Assembly: GCA_025454795.1 (NCBI GenBank)
Contig: JALONT010000009.1
Location: forward strand, 8,827-72,826
Origin: Bacteroidales bacterium
GTDB lineage: Bacteria; Bacteroidota; Bacteroidia; Bacteroidales; VadinHA17
Reading direction: 5' to 3'
Length of the DNA stretch: 64,000 bases
Below are positions 53,644 to 62,984 of the stretch, one piece after another. The first letter of the stretch is position 1; the number at the start of each line of letters is the position of its first letter. The notes beneath the pieces were generated by a model that was not told the DNA's origin, made no database searches, and saw nothing but the letters and a program-made list of their open reading frames with translations. A program made the position numbers and the translations under genes.

Positions 53644-54650
53644 TATTTCTTATAATACTCCCTCACTACCTCATCCATTACCCGGCTGGTTCTTGCACCT
53701 GAAATTCCTGTGCTTGCAGCTTCTCCCTTACCCGAAAGTGCTTTCACAATCTGTTCAATCAGATTGTATTGTACATGCTCAGGTCTTTCATTGATATATT
53801 CTGATCTGCCCAGGTCATTTTCAAGCATAATAGGTTCAAAGGTAAAAGTAGAGAACCTAATCATACCTTTATCTCCAAAGATCTCAATTGAATCTCTTGT
53901 ACAAACGTCAGAGATACCGAAACTCCAGGATCCGACACATGCAATATTATTTCCAAATGTAAACTCAGCGGATATAAAATCTTCTGCTTTATATAAACCT
54001 GCCTGGTTAAGAACCTGTGATTTTATGCTTAAGACAGGACCAAATACGTAATCCAGATAGTCAAGCTGATGAGAGGCAAGATCAAAGAAATGTCCTCCTC
54101 CTGATATTTCTGGATTTACTCTCCATGACAACTGCCCTGATTTCTCTTCTTTATCTGGAGGTTTAAAGAGTTGTAATTGTACAAGTCTTACTTTTCCTAC
54201 AGCACCATTTTCGATTAGCTTTTTCACTTTCAGGAATCCCGGGAGAGCTCTTCGGTAGTAGGCAACAAATACAGGCACACCATATTTTTCCGAAACTCTG
54301 TTAATTTCTTCACATTCCGCAAAATTGACAGCCATTGGCTTTTCAATGTATACCGGTTTCCCTGCTTTTATTGATCTGATGGCATATTCTGCATGGCTCC
54401 CGGGAGGCGTTGCAACATATACTGCATTTATTTCCGGGTCATTGATCAGTTTAGAAGCATCACTATAATATTTTGGAACATTATGTCTCCGGGCATAATC
54501 CTCCGCCAGTGCAGCGTCCCTTCTCATAACTGCGACCAGGTTTGAATCGGGTACCTTGCTAAAAGCAGGTCCGCTCTTAGCCTCGGTGACATTTCCGCAG
54601 CCAATTATACCCCATTTTATCATTTTCCCAGTCGTTCTTTGGAGCTCCAT
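53643..54650 (-). CDS. Gfo/Idh/MocA-family NAD(P)-dependent oxidoreductase
   Basis: N-terminal Rossmann motif WGIIGCGNV and EKPMA motif. Confidence 0.8.
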   Translation of the reverse strand: MELQRTTGKMIKWGIIGCGNVTEAKSGPAFSKVPDSNLVAVMRRDAALAEDYARRHNVPKYYSDASKLINDPEINAVYVATPPGSHAEYAIRSIKAGKPVYIEKPMAVNFAECEEINRVSEKYGVPVFVAYYRRALPGFLKVKKLIENGAVGKVRLVQLQLFKPPDKEEKSGQLSWRVNPEISGGGHFFDLASHQLDYLDYVFGPVLSIKSQVLNQAGLYKAEDFISAEFTFGNNIACVGSWSFGISDVCTRDSIEIFGDKGMIRFSTFTFEPIMLENDLGRSEYINERPEHVQYNLIEQIVKALSGKGEAASTGISGARTSRVMDEVVREYYKK

Positions 54651-55894
54651 AATCCAACAGCAGGATTGGAGATGAAAAATATTTCTTCACCATCCTGCAG
54701 CTTATTATAACCATCCTTCAGCTTTGAGGGATCATATCTTTTAAGAGTTTTTTTAAGGTCGGCATATTTAAAGTTGACCGATTCAATCTCTTCACGAGTG
54801 AGATGTCCCGGGCAGTAAGTAATGGAAAATCTGCCTTCGGAGCTTCCATGAATTAAATGTGCTGCAGCACTCAGATTCTGCTGCAGCTCTTCACTTTCCT
54901 TTAGTGAGGCAAGGGTTGAAGGCGTTCCTCGGTAACCATATTTCCTTATCAGCCTGTCAATCTCCTTATCTTCACCGAACTCTTTCAATCCGGGAGCAAG
55001 AACAATGAGTTCGCCATTATCTGCCATAGCCATACGTGTCCTGTAAATACTTTTATTACCCAGCCATGTGCTCCTGAATTCCGAAGGATCAAGATACACA
55101 ACAACCTTTTTCAGAGGTTTATCGACAACAATAAAGTTAACTTTCAAAGATAGTTCAGCAGCCAGTTGGAATACTTTTTCATCATCACCGATAAAGAGGC
55201 CGCGGATTACCAGTTTCCCCGATTCATCCCGTCCTATCACTGTTTGAACATATACCACAGGTAGATGCGAAATGAAATGTTCTGAGGCATAATTGAGAAG
55301 ACTTCTTACCGGGGAATCGGTTTTTCCCATTATTCTTTCCATACCGAAAGTAGCTCCGACAAAATGGCTTTTATTTATTCCTTCCGGACCTCCTGTTCCG
55401 ATAAAAAGATTTTTGTTGTAATTGGCCATCCCTATTACTTCATGCGGAACAACCTGACCAACTGAGAGAATAAGATCATGCCCACCGTTGAAAACCAGCT
55501 TGTTCAATTGTGCCGGCCATGAATAATTAATTGCCCCGTTGGTGATTTTTGAAACAAACTCACCCGGGATAGTACCAACGGTAACGACATCTTTTCTCCA
55601 GTCATGAACACGGAATAGTTCTTTTGGCACACCTTTGTACATCTCATCAATCTCATTATATGTCATCGGTGCGTGTGTCCCCAGTGCAGGAAGGATATCT
55701 TTTAGATTTTCCTTATAATATTTGTATATAAGAGTTGTAATATCACCTGATCTTGAGTGGAAACGGGTGCAATCAGGTGGCACAACCAGAACCTTTCTCC
55801 TTGGTCCAAGTTTCGCAAGGGCAGAGTAGAGTCCAAATTCCAGGTCAGTGGAATTAATAACTGTGTTTTCGGAACCGGATTGATAATAAATCAT
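54620..55894 (-). CDS. LarA-like (DUF2088 / lactate racemase N-terminal domain family) protein
   Basis: 424 aa. By-eye alignment to Lactobacillus LarA: VLVVPPDCTRFHS vs IVIISSDHTRPVP, and LILSVGQVVPHEVIGMANYNK vs LLISEGFIESHFFAGFSGGRK. Its 3' end overlaps the oxidoreductase gene by 31 nt. Confidence 0.55.
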   Translation of the reverse strand: MIYYQSGSENTVINSTDLEFGLYSALAKLGPRRKVLVVPPDCTRFHSRSGDITTLIYKYYKENLKDILPALGTHAPMTYNEIDEMYKGVPKELFRVHDWRKDVVTVGTIPGEFVSKITNGAINYSWPAQLNKLVFNGGHDLILSVGQVVPHEVIGMANYNKNLFIGTGGPEGINKSHFVGATFGMERIMGKTDSPVRSLLNYASEHFISHLPVVYVQTVIGRDESGKLVIRGLFIGDDEKVFQLAAELSLKVNFIVVDKPLKKVVVYLDPSEFRSTWLGNKSIYRTRMAMADNGELIVLAPGLKEFGEDKEIDRLIRKYGYRGTPSTLASLKESEELQQNLSAAAHLIHGSSEGRFSITYCPGHLTREEIESVNFKYADLKKTLKRYDPSKLKDGYNKLQDGEEIFFISNPAVGLWSSKERLGK

Positions 55895-55928
55895 AACTTA
55901 AAATTATATTTGTTCCTGATCAAAAATT

Positions 55929-56009
55929 TCAGGGCTCAGGCATCGGGCTTAGGGTTTCAGGATTAAAAGTTTGATAGTTGTCTGACACCTGACGCCGGTC
56001 GCCTGACAC
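55929..56009. repeat. Inverted heptamer arrays: TCAGGNN-type x5 (55929..55963) facing CTGACRC-type x4 (55982..56009)
   Basis: Read directly. TCAGG and CCTGA cores are complementary. The element ends at the stop codon of the HAD gene. Confidence 0.85.
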
Positions 56010-56894
56010 CTAAGACTTCCATTCCGGATGTTCAGGAAGGTAAGTTTTAAACTCTTTCACAAGTGCCTCCTCATAAGCACCCTTAAAAGTACTGCTATAG
56101 AACCTGTCGAGTCCCTCATTAAAAAGTCTTTCCCATGAATCTTCCTCCTTACCCGGGTTTACGGGGAAGAAGAGAAATCCGTTTGATTTGGCAGCTTTCA
56201 GGTCTCCGTTAGCATCTCCTATCATAAGTACTTTATCATCAGGATATTTACCTTTGGCACCATATTTAAGATGCTCGCTTTTTGTACCAAGCTCCTGACC
56301 TGCAATCATCCTCACATAATGATCTATTTTATTCTCTTCCCATTCGCGTTTCAGTGCTTCCATGGGAGTCTGGGATACGACCATTATATCAGTCATAGTT
56401 ATCATTTTATCAAGACACTCCTTCACAAATGGAAAAGGAGTGATACCGAACACCATTTTTTCAATGTCTTCATTAACCTTCAGAGACCACTCAAGTGTTT
56501 GCGCAATAAAAGGATCATTGACTTCAGCTGCGTATTTCTTCAGTGTTGGATTGCCCAGTTTTGTCTCCTTTTTTGTCCATTCAATCAGAGAGGCTGGCGA
56601 TGGGACGGTAAAGTTCCTTGCCTTCATCTCGGGACGCATTGAGAGAAGTCTCAGTGTCTCAATTACTGCCAGGAACCGGTTACTTCCCCTGGTCATGGAA
56701 TATAGATTAACAAACTCCCAGGTTTCCCGTGCGTATTTTGAAACAGGCTGCATCTTATAGTACTTAATGAAGTTTGGGCAGAAGCACTCCTTCTGCTTGA
56801 TCTCCATTGTGTCGAACGCACATCCGTCAGAATCGATCCCTATGAAAAATTCTTTCGCAGGTTTGATGCTTAACAATAGTTCCTGAGGATTCAT
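56010..56894 (-). CDS. HAD-superfamily hydrolase (phosphatase-like)
   Basis: 294 aa. Motif I IGIDSDGCAFDT and motif IV MIGDANGDLKAA. Confidence 0.7.
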   Translation of the reverse strand: MNPQELLLSIKPAKEFFIGIDSDGCAFDTMEIKQKECFCPNFIKYYKMQPVSKYARETWEFVNLYSMTRGSNRFLAVIETLRLLSMRPEMKARNFTVPSPASLIEWTKKETKLGNPTLKKYAAEVNDPFIAQTLEWSLKVNEDIEKMVFGITPFPFVKECLDKMITMTDIMVVSQTPMEALKREWEENKIDHYVRMIAGQELGTKSEHLKYGAKGKYPDDKVLMIGDANGDLKAAKSNGFLFFPVNPGKEEDSWERLFNEGLDRFYSSTFKGAYEEALVKEFKTYLPEHPEWKS

Positions 56895-56960
56895 GAATAC
56901 GATAAGTAATTAAAATTGTAAGTGTTGCTGGTTACCGGTTACTTTTCCTTATTCTGAGCT

Positions 56961-57065
56961 CTGCCCTGTGCCCTGCACCCTGTGCCCTGCGCCCTGTGCC
57001 CTGTGCCCTGTGCCCTGTGCCCTGCGCCCTGCGCCCTGCGCCCTGCGCCCTGCGCCCTGCGCCTT
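56961..57065. repeat. Tandem heptamer array, 15 units of GYGCCCT (= AGGGCRC on the coding strand)
   Basis: Read directly. It lies between the SDR stop (57068) and the HAD start (56894). Confidence 0.95.
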
Positions 57066-57067
57066 TC

Positions 57068-57904
57068 TTATACCCCGCTATATGCACTGAATCCACCATC
57101 AACCGGAATTACAATTCCTGTAACTGCTTTCGAAAGATCAGAAATCAGGTATAATACTGTACCGGTGAGATCTTCAGGAACACAGTATCTTTCCATTGGG
57201 GTTCCGTTTATTATCTTCTTCCCGCGGGCTGTAGGCTCACCGGTTTTTTCATCAGTAAGAAGGAATCTGTTCTGATTTGTAATCAGAAATCCGGGTGCTA
57301 TCGCATTAACTCTTACCCCCACTTTGGCGAAATGAACAGCAAGCCATTGTGTAAAATTATTAACTGCTGCTTTTGCAGCGGAATAGGCAACGACCTTTGT
57401 AAGCGGCCTGAATGAATTCATTGAGGAAACATTTAAAACTACCCCTGATTTCTTCTTAACCATGTCAGCACCAAACACCATTGTTGGAAGCAGTGTGCCT
57501 TTGAAATTAAGGTCGAATACCTTATCGAAGGCGTCGGCCTGAAGGCCAAAGAATGAATCTTCAGGTTTCTCAGTACCATCCATTTTCTCAACTTTTGTTG
57601 TTGCAGCAGGTGAATTCCCGCCAGCCCCATTAATCAGGATATCTATATCTCCAAACTTGTTATTTATCTCGTTCTTTGCTTTCTCAAGAGAAGATTTATC
57701 CAGTACACTTGCAGATACACCAATTGAGGGAGTTTTAAACTCCTTTTCAATTGCACCGGCTACAGCAGTAGCGGCATCTTTGTTGAGATCGAGAATAACT
57801 GTTTTGACACCTTGTGCTGCTAGGGATTTTGCCATTTCAGAGCAGATTACACCAGCCCCGCCGGTAATCACAGCAACCTTGTTTTTTAAATTTAATTCGT
57901 TCAT
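57068..57904 (-). CDS. Short-chain dehydrogenase/reductase, probable fructuronate/mannonate oxidoreductase
   Basis: TGGAGVICSEMA cofactor motif and the YSAAK catalytic motif. The substrate is inferred only from the adjacency to uxaC. Confidence 0.6.
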   Translation of the reverse strand: MNELNLKNKVAVITGGAGVICSEMAKSLAAQGVKTVILDLNKDAATAVAGAIEKEFKTPSIGVSASVLDKSSLEKAKNEINNKFGDIDILINGAGGNSPAATTKVEKMDGTEKPEDSFFGLQADAFDKVFDLNFKGTLLPTMVFGADMVKKKSGVVLNVSSMNSFRPLTKVVAYSAAKAAVNNFTQWLAVHFAKVGVRVNAIAPGFLITNQNRFLLTDEKTGEPTARGKKIINGTPMERYCVPEDLTGTVLYLISDLSKAVTGIVIPVDGGFSAYSGV

Positions 57905-57928
57905 TATACAGTAATTAATATGTAAGTT

Positions 57929-59332
57929 CTATTTGTTGAAACCAAAGTATTCTTTAGCGTTTTTGTAGGATACTCCTTCGATCAAAGGCTTAAGGAGTTC
58001 ATCTTCATCCGGGATCAGTCCGTTCTCGACTTCTTCACCGACATAATTGCAGACAAGACGCCTGAAATATTCGTGACGCGGGTAGGAGAGGAAGCTTCTT
58101 GAATCAGTGACCATTCCCACGAACCTTCTTAAAAGGCCAAGAGCAGCAAGATCTTTAAGGTGTTTCTCCATTCCGTTCTTCTGATCGAGAAACCACCATG
58201 CCGGACCATATTGAACTTTTACTGCCCTGGAGCCATCATTAAAATTCCCGGTCATAGTTATCATCATCTCATTATCCGATGGATTCAAATTATAGAGAAT
58301 AGTTTTTGAAAGCTGATTTGTATCGTCAAGGCTGTCTAAGAACCTTGACATTTTATAAGAATCCTGAGGTACTCCAATTGAATCCCAGCCGGTATCAGGC
58401 CCCAGCTGCCGGAACATGCGGGCATTATTATTTCTCAATGCTCCAACATGAAACTGCTGTGTCCATCCTCTTTTATGATTCATGCGGCATAATTCAGTCA
58501 TGACTGCAGCTTTATATTTTTCTGACTCCTCATCAGAAACAGTTTCTCCGCTTAAAAGCTTCCGGAATATCTTATCAACTTCAGCAGCAGTAAATTGTGC
58601 AAAGTAAAAACGATCGAGACCGTGATCGGAAAGCCTTCCTCCCGTTTCATGAAAGAATTTATGTCTGCTGTCAAGAGCTTCAATAAGGTTGCTGAAGTTC
58701 TTTATTTCAGTAATACATGTCTTACCTAGTTTTTCTATGTAAGCTTTGAATCTGGTTTGATCTTCAATCTTTACAACATTATCGGGACGGAATGTGGGTA
58801 AGACTGTAATTTCAAAAGCCCCTTTAAGTTTCAGGTGATATTCCAGATTATCTGCAGGATCATCGGTAGTACAGACAACTTCTACCTTCATCTTTTTCAT
58901 CATTGATCTTATACTGAACTCTTTAGACTGCAGAAGATCTGTTGCTTTATTGTAGATATCAGTAGCTTTTGAGGGTGAAAGAAGATCAGTTATTTTGAAA
59001 TATCTTGCAAGCTCAAGGTGTGTCCAGTGATATAGGGGATTCCCGACCGTTGCAGGTACAGTTTCTGCCCATTTTGCAAATTTCTCAGTATCAGAGGCAT
59101 TTCCTGTGCAGAATTTCTCATCAATACCATTGGTTCTCATTGCACGCCATTTATAATGATCACCTTCAAGCCATGCCTGTGTCAGGTTCCTGAACTGAAT
59201 ATCTTCAGCTATATATGATGGGGATAAATGACAATGGAAATCAATGATAGGTTGATTTTCAGAGTATTGATGATAGAGTCTCTGCGCTGTTTTATTTGTG
59301 AGGAGGAAATCCTCATGGATGAATGGTTTCAT
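57929..59332 (-). CDS. uxaC: Glucuronate isomerase
   Basis: 467 aa. FIHEDFLL...IIDFHCHLSP N-terminus and DSRSFLSY, typical UxaC. Confidence 0.9.
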   Translation of the reverse strand: MKPFIHEDFLLTNKTAQRLYHQYSENQPIIDFHCHLSPSYIAEDIQFRNLTQAWLEGDHYKWRAMRTNGIDEKFCTGNASDTEKFAKWAETVPATVGNPLYHWTHLELARYFKITDLLSPSKATDIYNKATDLLQSKEFSIRSMMKKMKVEVVCTTDDPADNLEYHLKLKGAFEITVLPTFRPDNVVKIEDQTRFKAYIEKLGKTCITEIKNFSNLIEALDSRHKFFHETGGRLSDHGLDRFYFAQFTAAEVDKIFRKLLSGETVSDEESEKYKAAVMTELCRMNHKRGWTQQFHVGALRNNNARMFRQLGPDTGWDSIGVPQDSYKMSRFLDSLDDTNQLSKTILYNLNPSDNEMMITMTGNFNDGSRAVKVQYGPAWWFLDQKNGMEKHLKDLAALGLLRRFVGMVTDSRSFLSYPRHEYFRRLVCNYVGEEVENGLIPDEDELLKPLIEGVSYKNAKEYFGFNK

Positions 59333-59562
59333 AATAATACTGTATAAAAGTTAATGATAGCTCTTTGATTTTCTTTGTTGGAAGACAGATCTTCGTTAAC
59401 GATCACGAAAGTATGAATTACAATCCATTCTTTCAAGAAAAGTTGATAAATTATTGAAATTATATGTTGAAAAAGTAAAGTTCCGATTTATTGCGTTTAC
59501 AGTCAAAGATTGTACTTTTGTCTGAGAGGAAACAGATTCTTAATTTAATCAAATCAACAGAT

Positions 59563-60399
59563 ATGAAAACTGAACTCAGGTATGCAGGGCATCCGGATGA
59601 TGTAAAAGGATATGATACCGGAAAAATAAGAAAGGAATTTCTTATTGAAAAGGTATTTGAACCTGATGAGATTATCCTGGTTTATTCAATGTATGACAGG
59701 ATAATGGCAGGAGGTGCAATGCCGGTAAAGAAAGCTTTGAAGCTTGAATCTGTTGATATGGTCAAAGCATCATTTTTTCTGGAAAGGAGAGAGATGGGCA
59801 TGATAAACGTCGGAGGTGATGCGCTTGTTGAGGCTGATAATATTGTCTATAATATAGGTCATAAGGAATCACTCTATCTTGGAAAAGGAACTAAGGAAGT
59901 AGTATTCAAGTCGGTTAATCCGGCTAATCCGGCAAAGCTTTACATTAACACTGCACCGGCTCATCATGAATATCCATCGAAAAAGATTACCCTCGGGGAT
60001 GCATCGGTAGTTGTTATGGGAACTCCTGAAGAATCCAATCACAGGACAATAAACAAGCTAATCCATACAAGTGTATTGCCAACATGCCAGTTGCAGATGG
60101 GAATAACTGAACTGAAGCCGGGAAGTGTATGGAACACAATGCCGGTTCATACTCATATCAGAAGAATGGAAGTATATTTCTATTTTGAAGTTCCGGAGAA
60201 GCAGGCTGTTTGTCACTTTATGGGCGATCCTGATGAAACACGTCATGTATGGATGAAGAACGAACAGGCGGTTATTTCACCTTCCTGGAGCATCCACAGT
60301 GCCGCCGGCACGTCGAATTATACTTTTATCTGGGGTATGTGTGGTGAGAACATGGATTATGGCGATGTCGAATCACGTAACCCGGATACCTTGAAATAA
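59563..60399 (+). CDS. kduI: 5-dehydro-4-deoxy-D-glucuronate isomerase
   Basis: 278 aa from the internal ATG (MKTELRYAGHP...). Cupin motifs HTHIRRMEVYFYF and SIHSAAGTSNYTFIWGM. Confidence 0.9.
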   Translation: MKTELRYAGHPDDVKGYDTGKIRKEFLIEKVFEPDEIILVYSMYDRIMAGGAMPVKKALKLESVDMVKASFFLERREMGMINVGGDALVEADNIVYNIGHKESLYLGKGTKEVVFKSVNPANPAKLYINTAPAHHEYPSKKITLGDASVVVMGTPEESNHRTINKLIHTSVLPTCQLQMGITELKPGSVWNTMPVHTHIRRMEVYFYFEVPEKQAVCHFMGDPDETRHVWMKNEQAVISPSWSIHSAAGTSNYTFIWGMCGENMDYGDVESRNPDTLK

Positions 60400-60405
60400 A
60401 AGAAC

Positions 60406-60504
60406 CTCTGTGGTTCTCTGTGGCCCTCAGTGACACTCCGTGTAAGTTCTTAAATTATTTAATTTCACAGGGTTACACGGAGAAGACACAGAGAAGACAC
60501 AGAG
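60406..60504. repeat. Nested inverted repeats / intercistronic hairpin between kduI and kduD
   Basis: There is a perfect 10-bp stem CTCCGTGTAA (60436..60445) / TTACACGGAG (60473..60482). It is flanked by CTCTGTG x2 (60406, 60416) facing CACAGAG x2 (60487, 60498). Confidence 0.85.
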
Positions 60505-60541
60505 TTTAACAGAGTCAAAATATATTAAACCAATAGAAATT

Positions 60542-61336
60542 ATGAAAGATCTATTTGATCTTACGGGGAAAGTTGCTCTCGTTACCGGCGGAACCCATGG
60601 GATAGGGCTTGCAATTGGATTGATCCTTGGAAAAGCAGGAGCGAAGATTTGTGTGAATGATATCCGGGATGATAAGCTTAATATTTGTAAAGAGTCATTC
60701 AAAAAAGAGGGACTTGATGTTTATACCTTGAGATTCAATGTTACTGATGAAAAAGATGTTGATATAGGTATTTCCCGGATCGAAAAAAATATTGGCCCGG
60801 TAGATATCCTGGTTAATAATGCAGGGATCATCAAGCGTATTTCAATTCTTGACATGGCAATTGCTGATTACAAGCAGGTTATTGATGTTGACCTTGTAGC
60901 ACCTCTGATTGTTTCAAAAAGAGTAGTGCCGAAAATGATACAGAAGAGAAGCGGTAAGATAATAAACATGTGTTCAATGATGAGTGTCTATGGCCGGAAC
61001 ACTGTATCTGCTTATGCATCAGCCAAGGGTGGACTTAAATTGCTGACACAGAACATGACATGTGAATGGGCAAAATATAATATTCAGATCAACGGAATTG
61101 GACCGGGCTATATTATTACCTCTCAGACGGCAGCGTTACGTGAAGACGGCCATCCGTTCAACGACCTTGTTATGACACGCACGCCGGCAGGCAGATGGGG
61201 TGAACCGAATGATGTCGCTTATGCAGCATTGTTCCTTGCTTCAAAAGCCAGCGGTTTTGTTAACGGTCATATTCTTTATGTCGATGGCGGAATCCTCGCC
61301 AACTTCGGATATGTTAAAGGAGAGAACGATCTGTAA
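60542..61336 (+). CDS. kduD: 2-dehydro-3-deoxy-D-gluconate 5-dehydrogenase (gluconate 5-dehydrogenase family SDR)
   Basis: 264 aa. Motifs TGGTHGIG, NNAG and YASAKGG. It lies immediately after kduI. Confidence 0.8.
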   Translation: MKDLFDLTGKVALVTGGTHGIGLAIGLILGKAGAKICVNDIRDDKLNICKESFKKEGLDVYTLRFNVTDEKDVDIGISRIEKNIGPVDILVNNAGIIKRISILDMAIADYKQVIDVDLVAPLIVSKRVVPKMIQKRSGKIINMCSMMSVYGRNTVSAYASAKGGLKLLTQNMTCEWAKYNIQINGIGPGYIITSQTAALREDGHPFNDLVMTRTPAGRWGEPNDVAYAALFLASKASGFVNGHILYVDGGILANFGYVKGENDL

Positions 61337-61348
61337 AAGTTTAAGATT

Positions 61349-62257
61349 TTAATTCTCCGGTTGATTATCCTCCCCTGGTTTTGAATACAGATCCTCAACC
61401 CTGACTTTCTGATCTTCCTTTCCGGAAGGAGCAACAGAATTATATTCTTCTCCTGCCTTGCCATTAAAATACAATATTGACGCAAATATGGGCATGAGAG
61501 GAAAAGTCAGGGCTTTAACAATCGAAAGAAGGGTGAGATAAACTGGATTTGACATAAAATCTAATGCATTTACAGTCTCCCCGGGATTTGTGAGAATTTT
61601 AAGAAACTTGCCGGTAAATGGCAGCATTACAAACGATGATAATATCACTGATATGATGAGTACTAATAGAATAAATACTGCCACCCATCCCAGGTTTGAC
61701 CAGAAGTTTCTGTGGGTAAGAGTGAAGGAACGGCTAATGGCATTCCCGATAATGGGACCTTCAACCATAAGTACTGGCAATAAGAACAATCCAAGAGTAA
61801 AAACATACAGCATTGTGAAAAAGACGCCGATAATCAATGCCAGCAGTCCAAGTACCATCGCTGCTGAAGCAAGGAAAATAAATAGTACAATTAATATAAT
61901 ATATGGGATGACATATTTCAGCGATCTATAAAATGAATTAAAGATTGTGGTACTGCTGTCCACCGGATTGTAAATAACATAGTAATGCAGGACAGTAGTG
62001 AAGAATAGATTTATCATCAAAATTCCTATCATAGGCCACATAAGACCTTTAAATTTTTCTATCATTTCCTGAGGATCAGTAATTGTCTGAAGCTCATTAA
62101 AATTAAAGGTCAGCGATAAATACTGCATCAGAAGAGAAACCAGAAATGAGATTATGAATAGTACAATGAACTTCTTCTTGTAGAACTGCCATAATGAGCT
62201 CATTACACTTTCGATGTTGTGTCTGCCGTATAAAGGATGGTTGCTGAACTGGTCCAT
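61349..62257 (-). CDS. Polytopic membrane protein of unknown function
   Basis: 302 aa with about 6 TM helices and a charged C-terminal tail. I recognise no family. Confidence 0.55.
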   Translation of the reverse strand: MDQFSNHPLYGRHNIESVMSSLWQFYKKKFIVLFIISFLVSLLMQYLSLTFNFNELQTITDPQEMIEKFKGLMWPMIGILMINLFFTTVLHYYVIYNPVDSSTTIFNSFYRSLKYVIPYIILIVLFIFLASAAMVLGLLALIIGVFFTMLYVFTLGLFLLPVLMVEGPIIGNAISRSFTLTHRNFWSNLGWVAVFILLVLIISVILSSFVMLPFTGKFLKILTNPGETVNALDFMSNPVYLTLLSIVKALTFPLMPIFASILYFNGKAGEEYNSVAPSGKEDQKVRVEDLYSKPGEDNQPEN

Positions 62258-62364
62258 TTTAACAAGCTATTATTAGTGAATATATAAATTTTTCTTCTTT
62301 TGTAAACCTTGCTCTTCTAAAATAATTCTCTTTTAATTTCAATTTTTTTTATGTCTTTCGTCTT

Positions 62365-62964
62365 TCACTTCCCCTTCCTCCACTGTCTCAATACATTGAT
62401 GAAAGGAAATCCCGGATTAGACCTTTTAAGAGGGAATATACCTTCATTTACAGACTTTACATCCTCAATAGTATAGAATGCCTTTGGATTGAAGTTGTCA
62501 ATAATTCCAAGTACTTTATTAAGTTCATTTCTTTGAACAATAGTATATATGAGATGGACTTTTTCCTTGGCACCGTGTGCCTCAACGCTTGTTGCTCCAA
62601 AACCGCTGCTGTTAAGACTTTGAACCAGATCCGGTCCGTTCTGATGAGCAAATACCCTTATCATCTGTATACCCATTGCAAGCTTTTCTTCAATGATCAT
62701 TCCAACGTAATTACCTGTGGCAAATCCGGCAGCATAAGCTATGTAATTAACATAATTATCAAGGTTTTGCATAATCTTGCTGATAGCTGTGATCCAGATC
62801 AGAACTTCAAAAAATCCAAGTATGGGAGCAATATACTTTTTGCCTTTTGAAACAAAAATTATGCGCATAGTACCTATAGATACATCACAGATTCGTGCCA
62901 GAAAGATCAGGAGAGGCATTAAACCATAACTGAAAATGTTTGAATCAAAGAAGGAAGTTTCCAT
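62365..62964 (-). CDS. UPF0316 / DUF2179-family membrane protein
   Basis: 199 aa. The N-terminal TM region contains SIGTMRIIFVSKG. The C-terminal DUF2179-like domain contains IYTIVQRNEL...FYTIEDV. Confidence 0.7.
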   Translation of the reverse strand: METSFFDSNIFSYGLMPLLIFLARICDVSIGTMRIIFVSKGKKYIAPILGFFEVLIWITAISKIMQNLDNYVNYIAYAAGFATGNYVGMIIEEKLAMGIQMIRVFAHQNGPDLVQSLNSSGFGATSVEAHGAKEKVHLIYTIVQRNELNKVLGIIDNFNPKAFYTIEDVKSVNEGIFPLKRSNPGFPFINVLRQWRKGK

Positions 62965-62984
62965 AATGGATAAGTTTTAACGGA

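Noticed and set aside
56982-57275. 97-aa plus-strand ORF MPCALCPVPCALCPAPCALRPAPCALR...
   Set aside because: It is a translation artefact of the GYGCCCT x15 array continuing antisense into the SDR gene.
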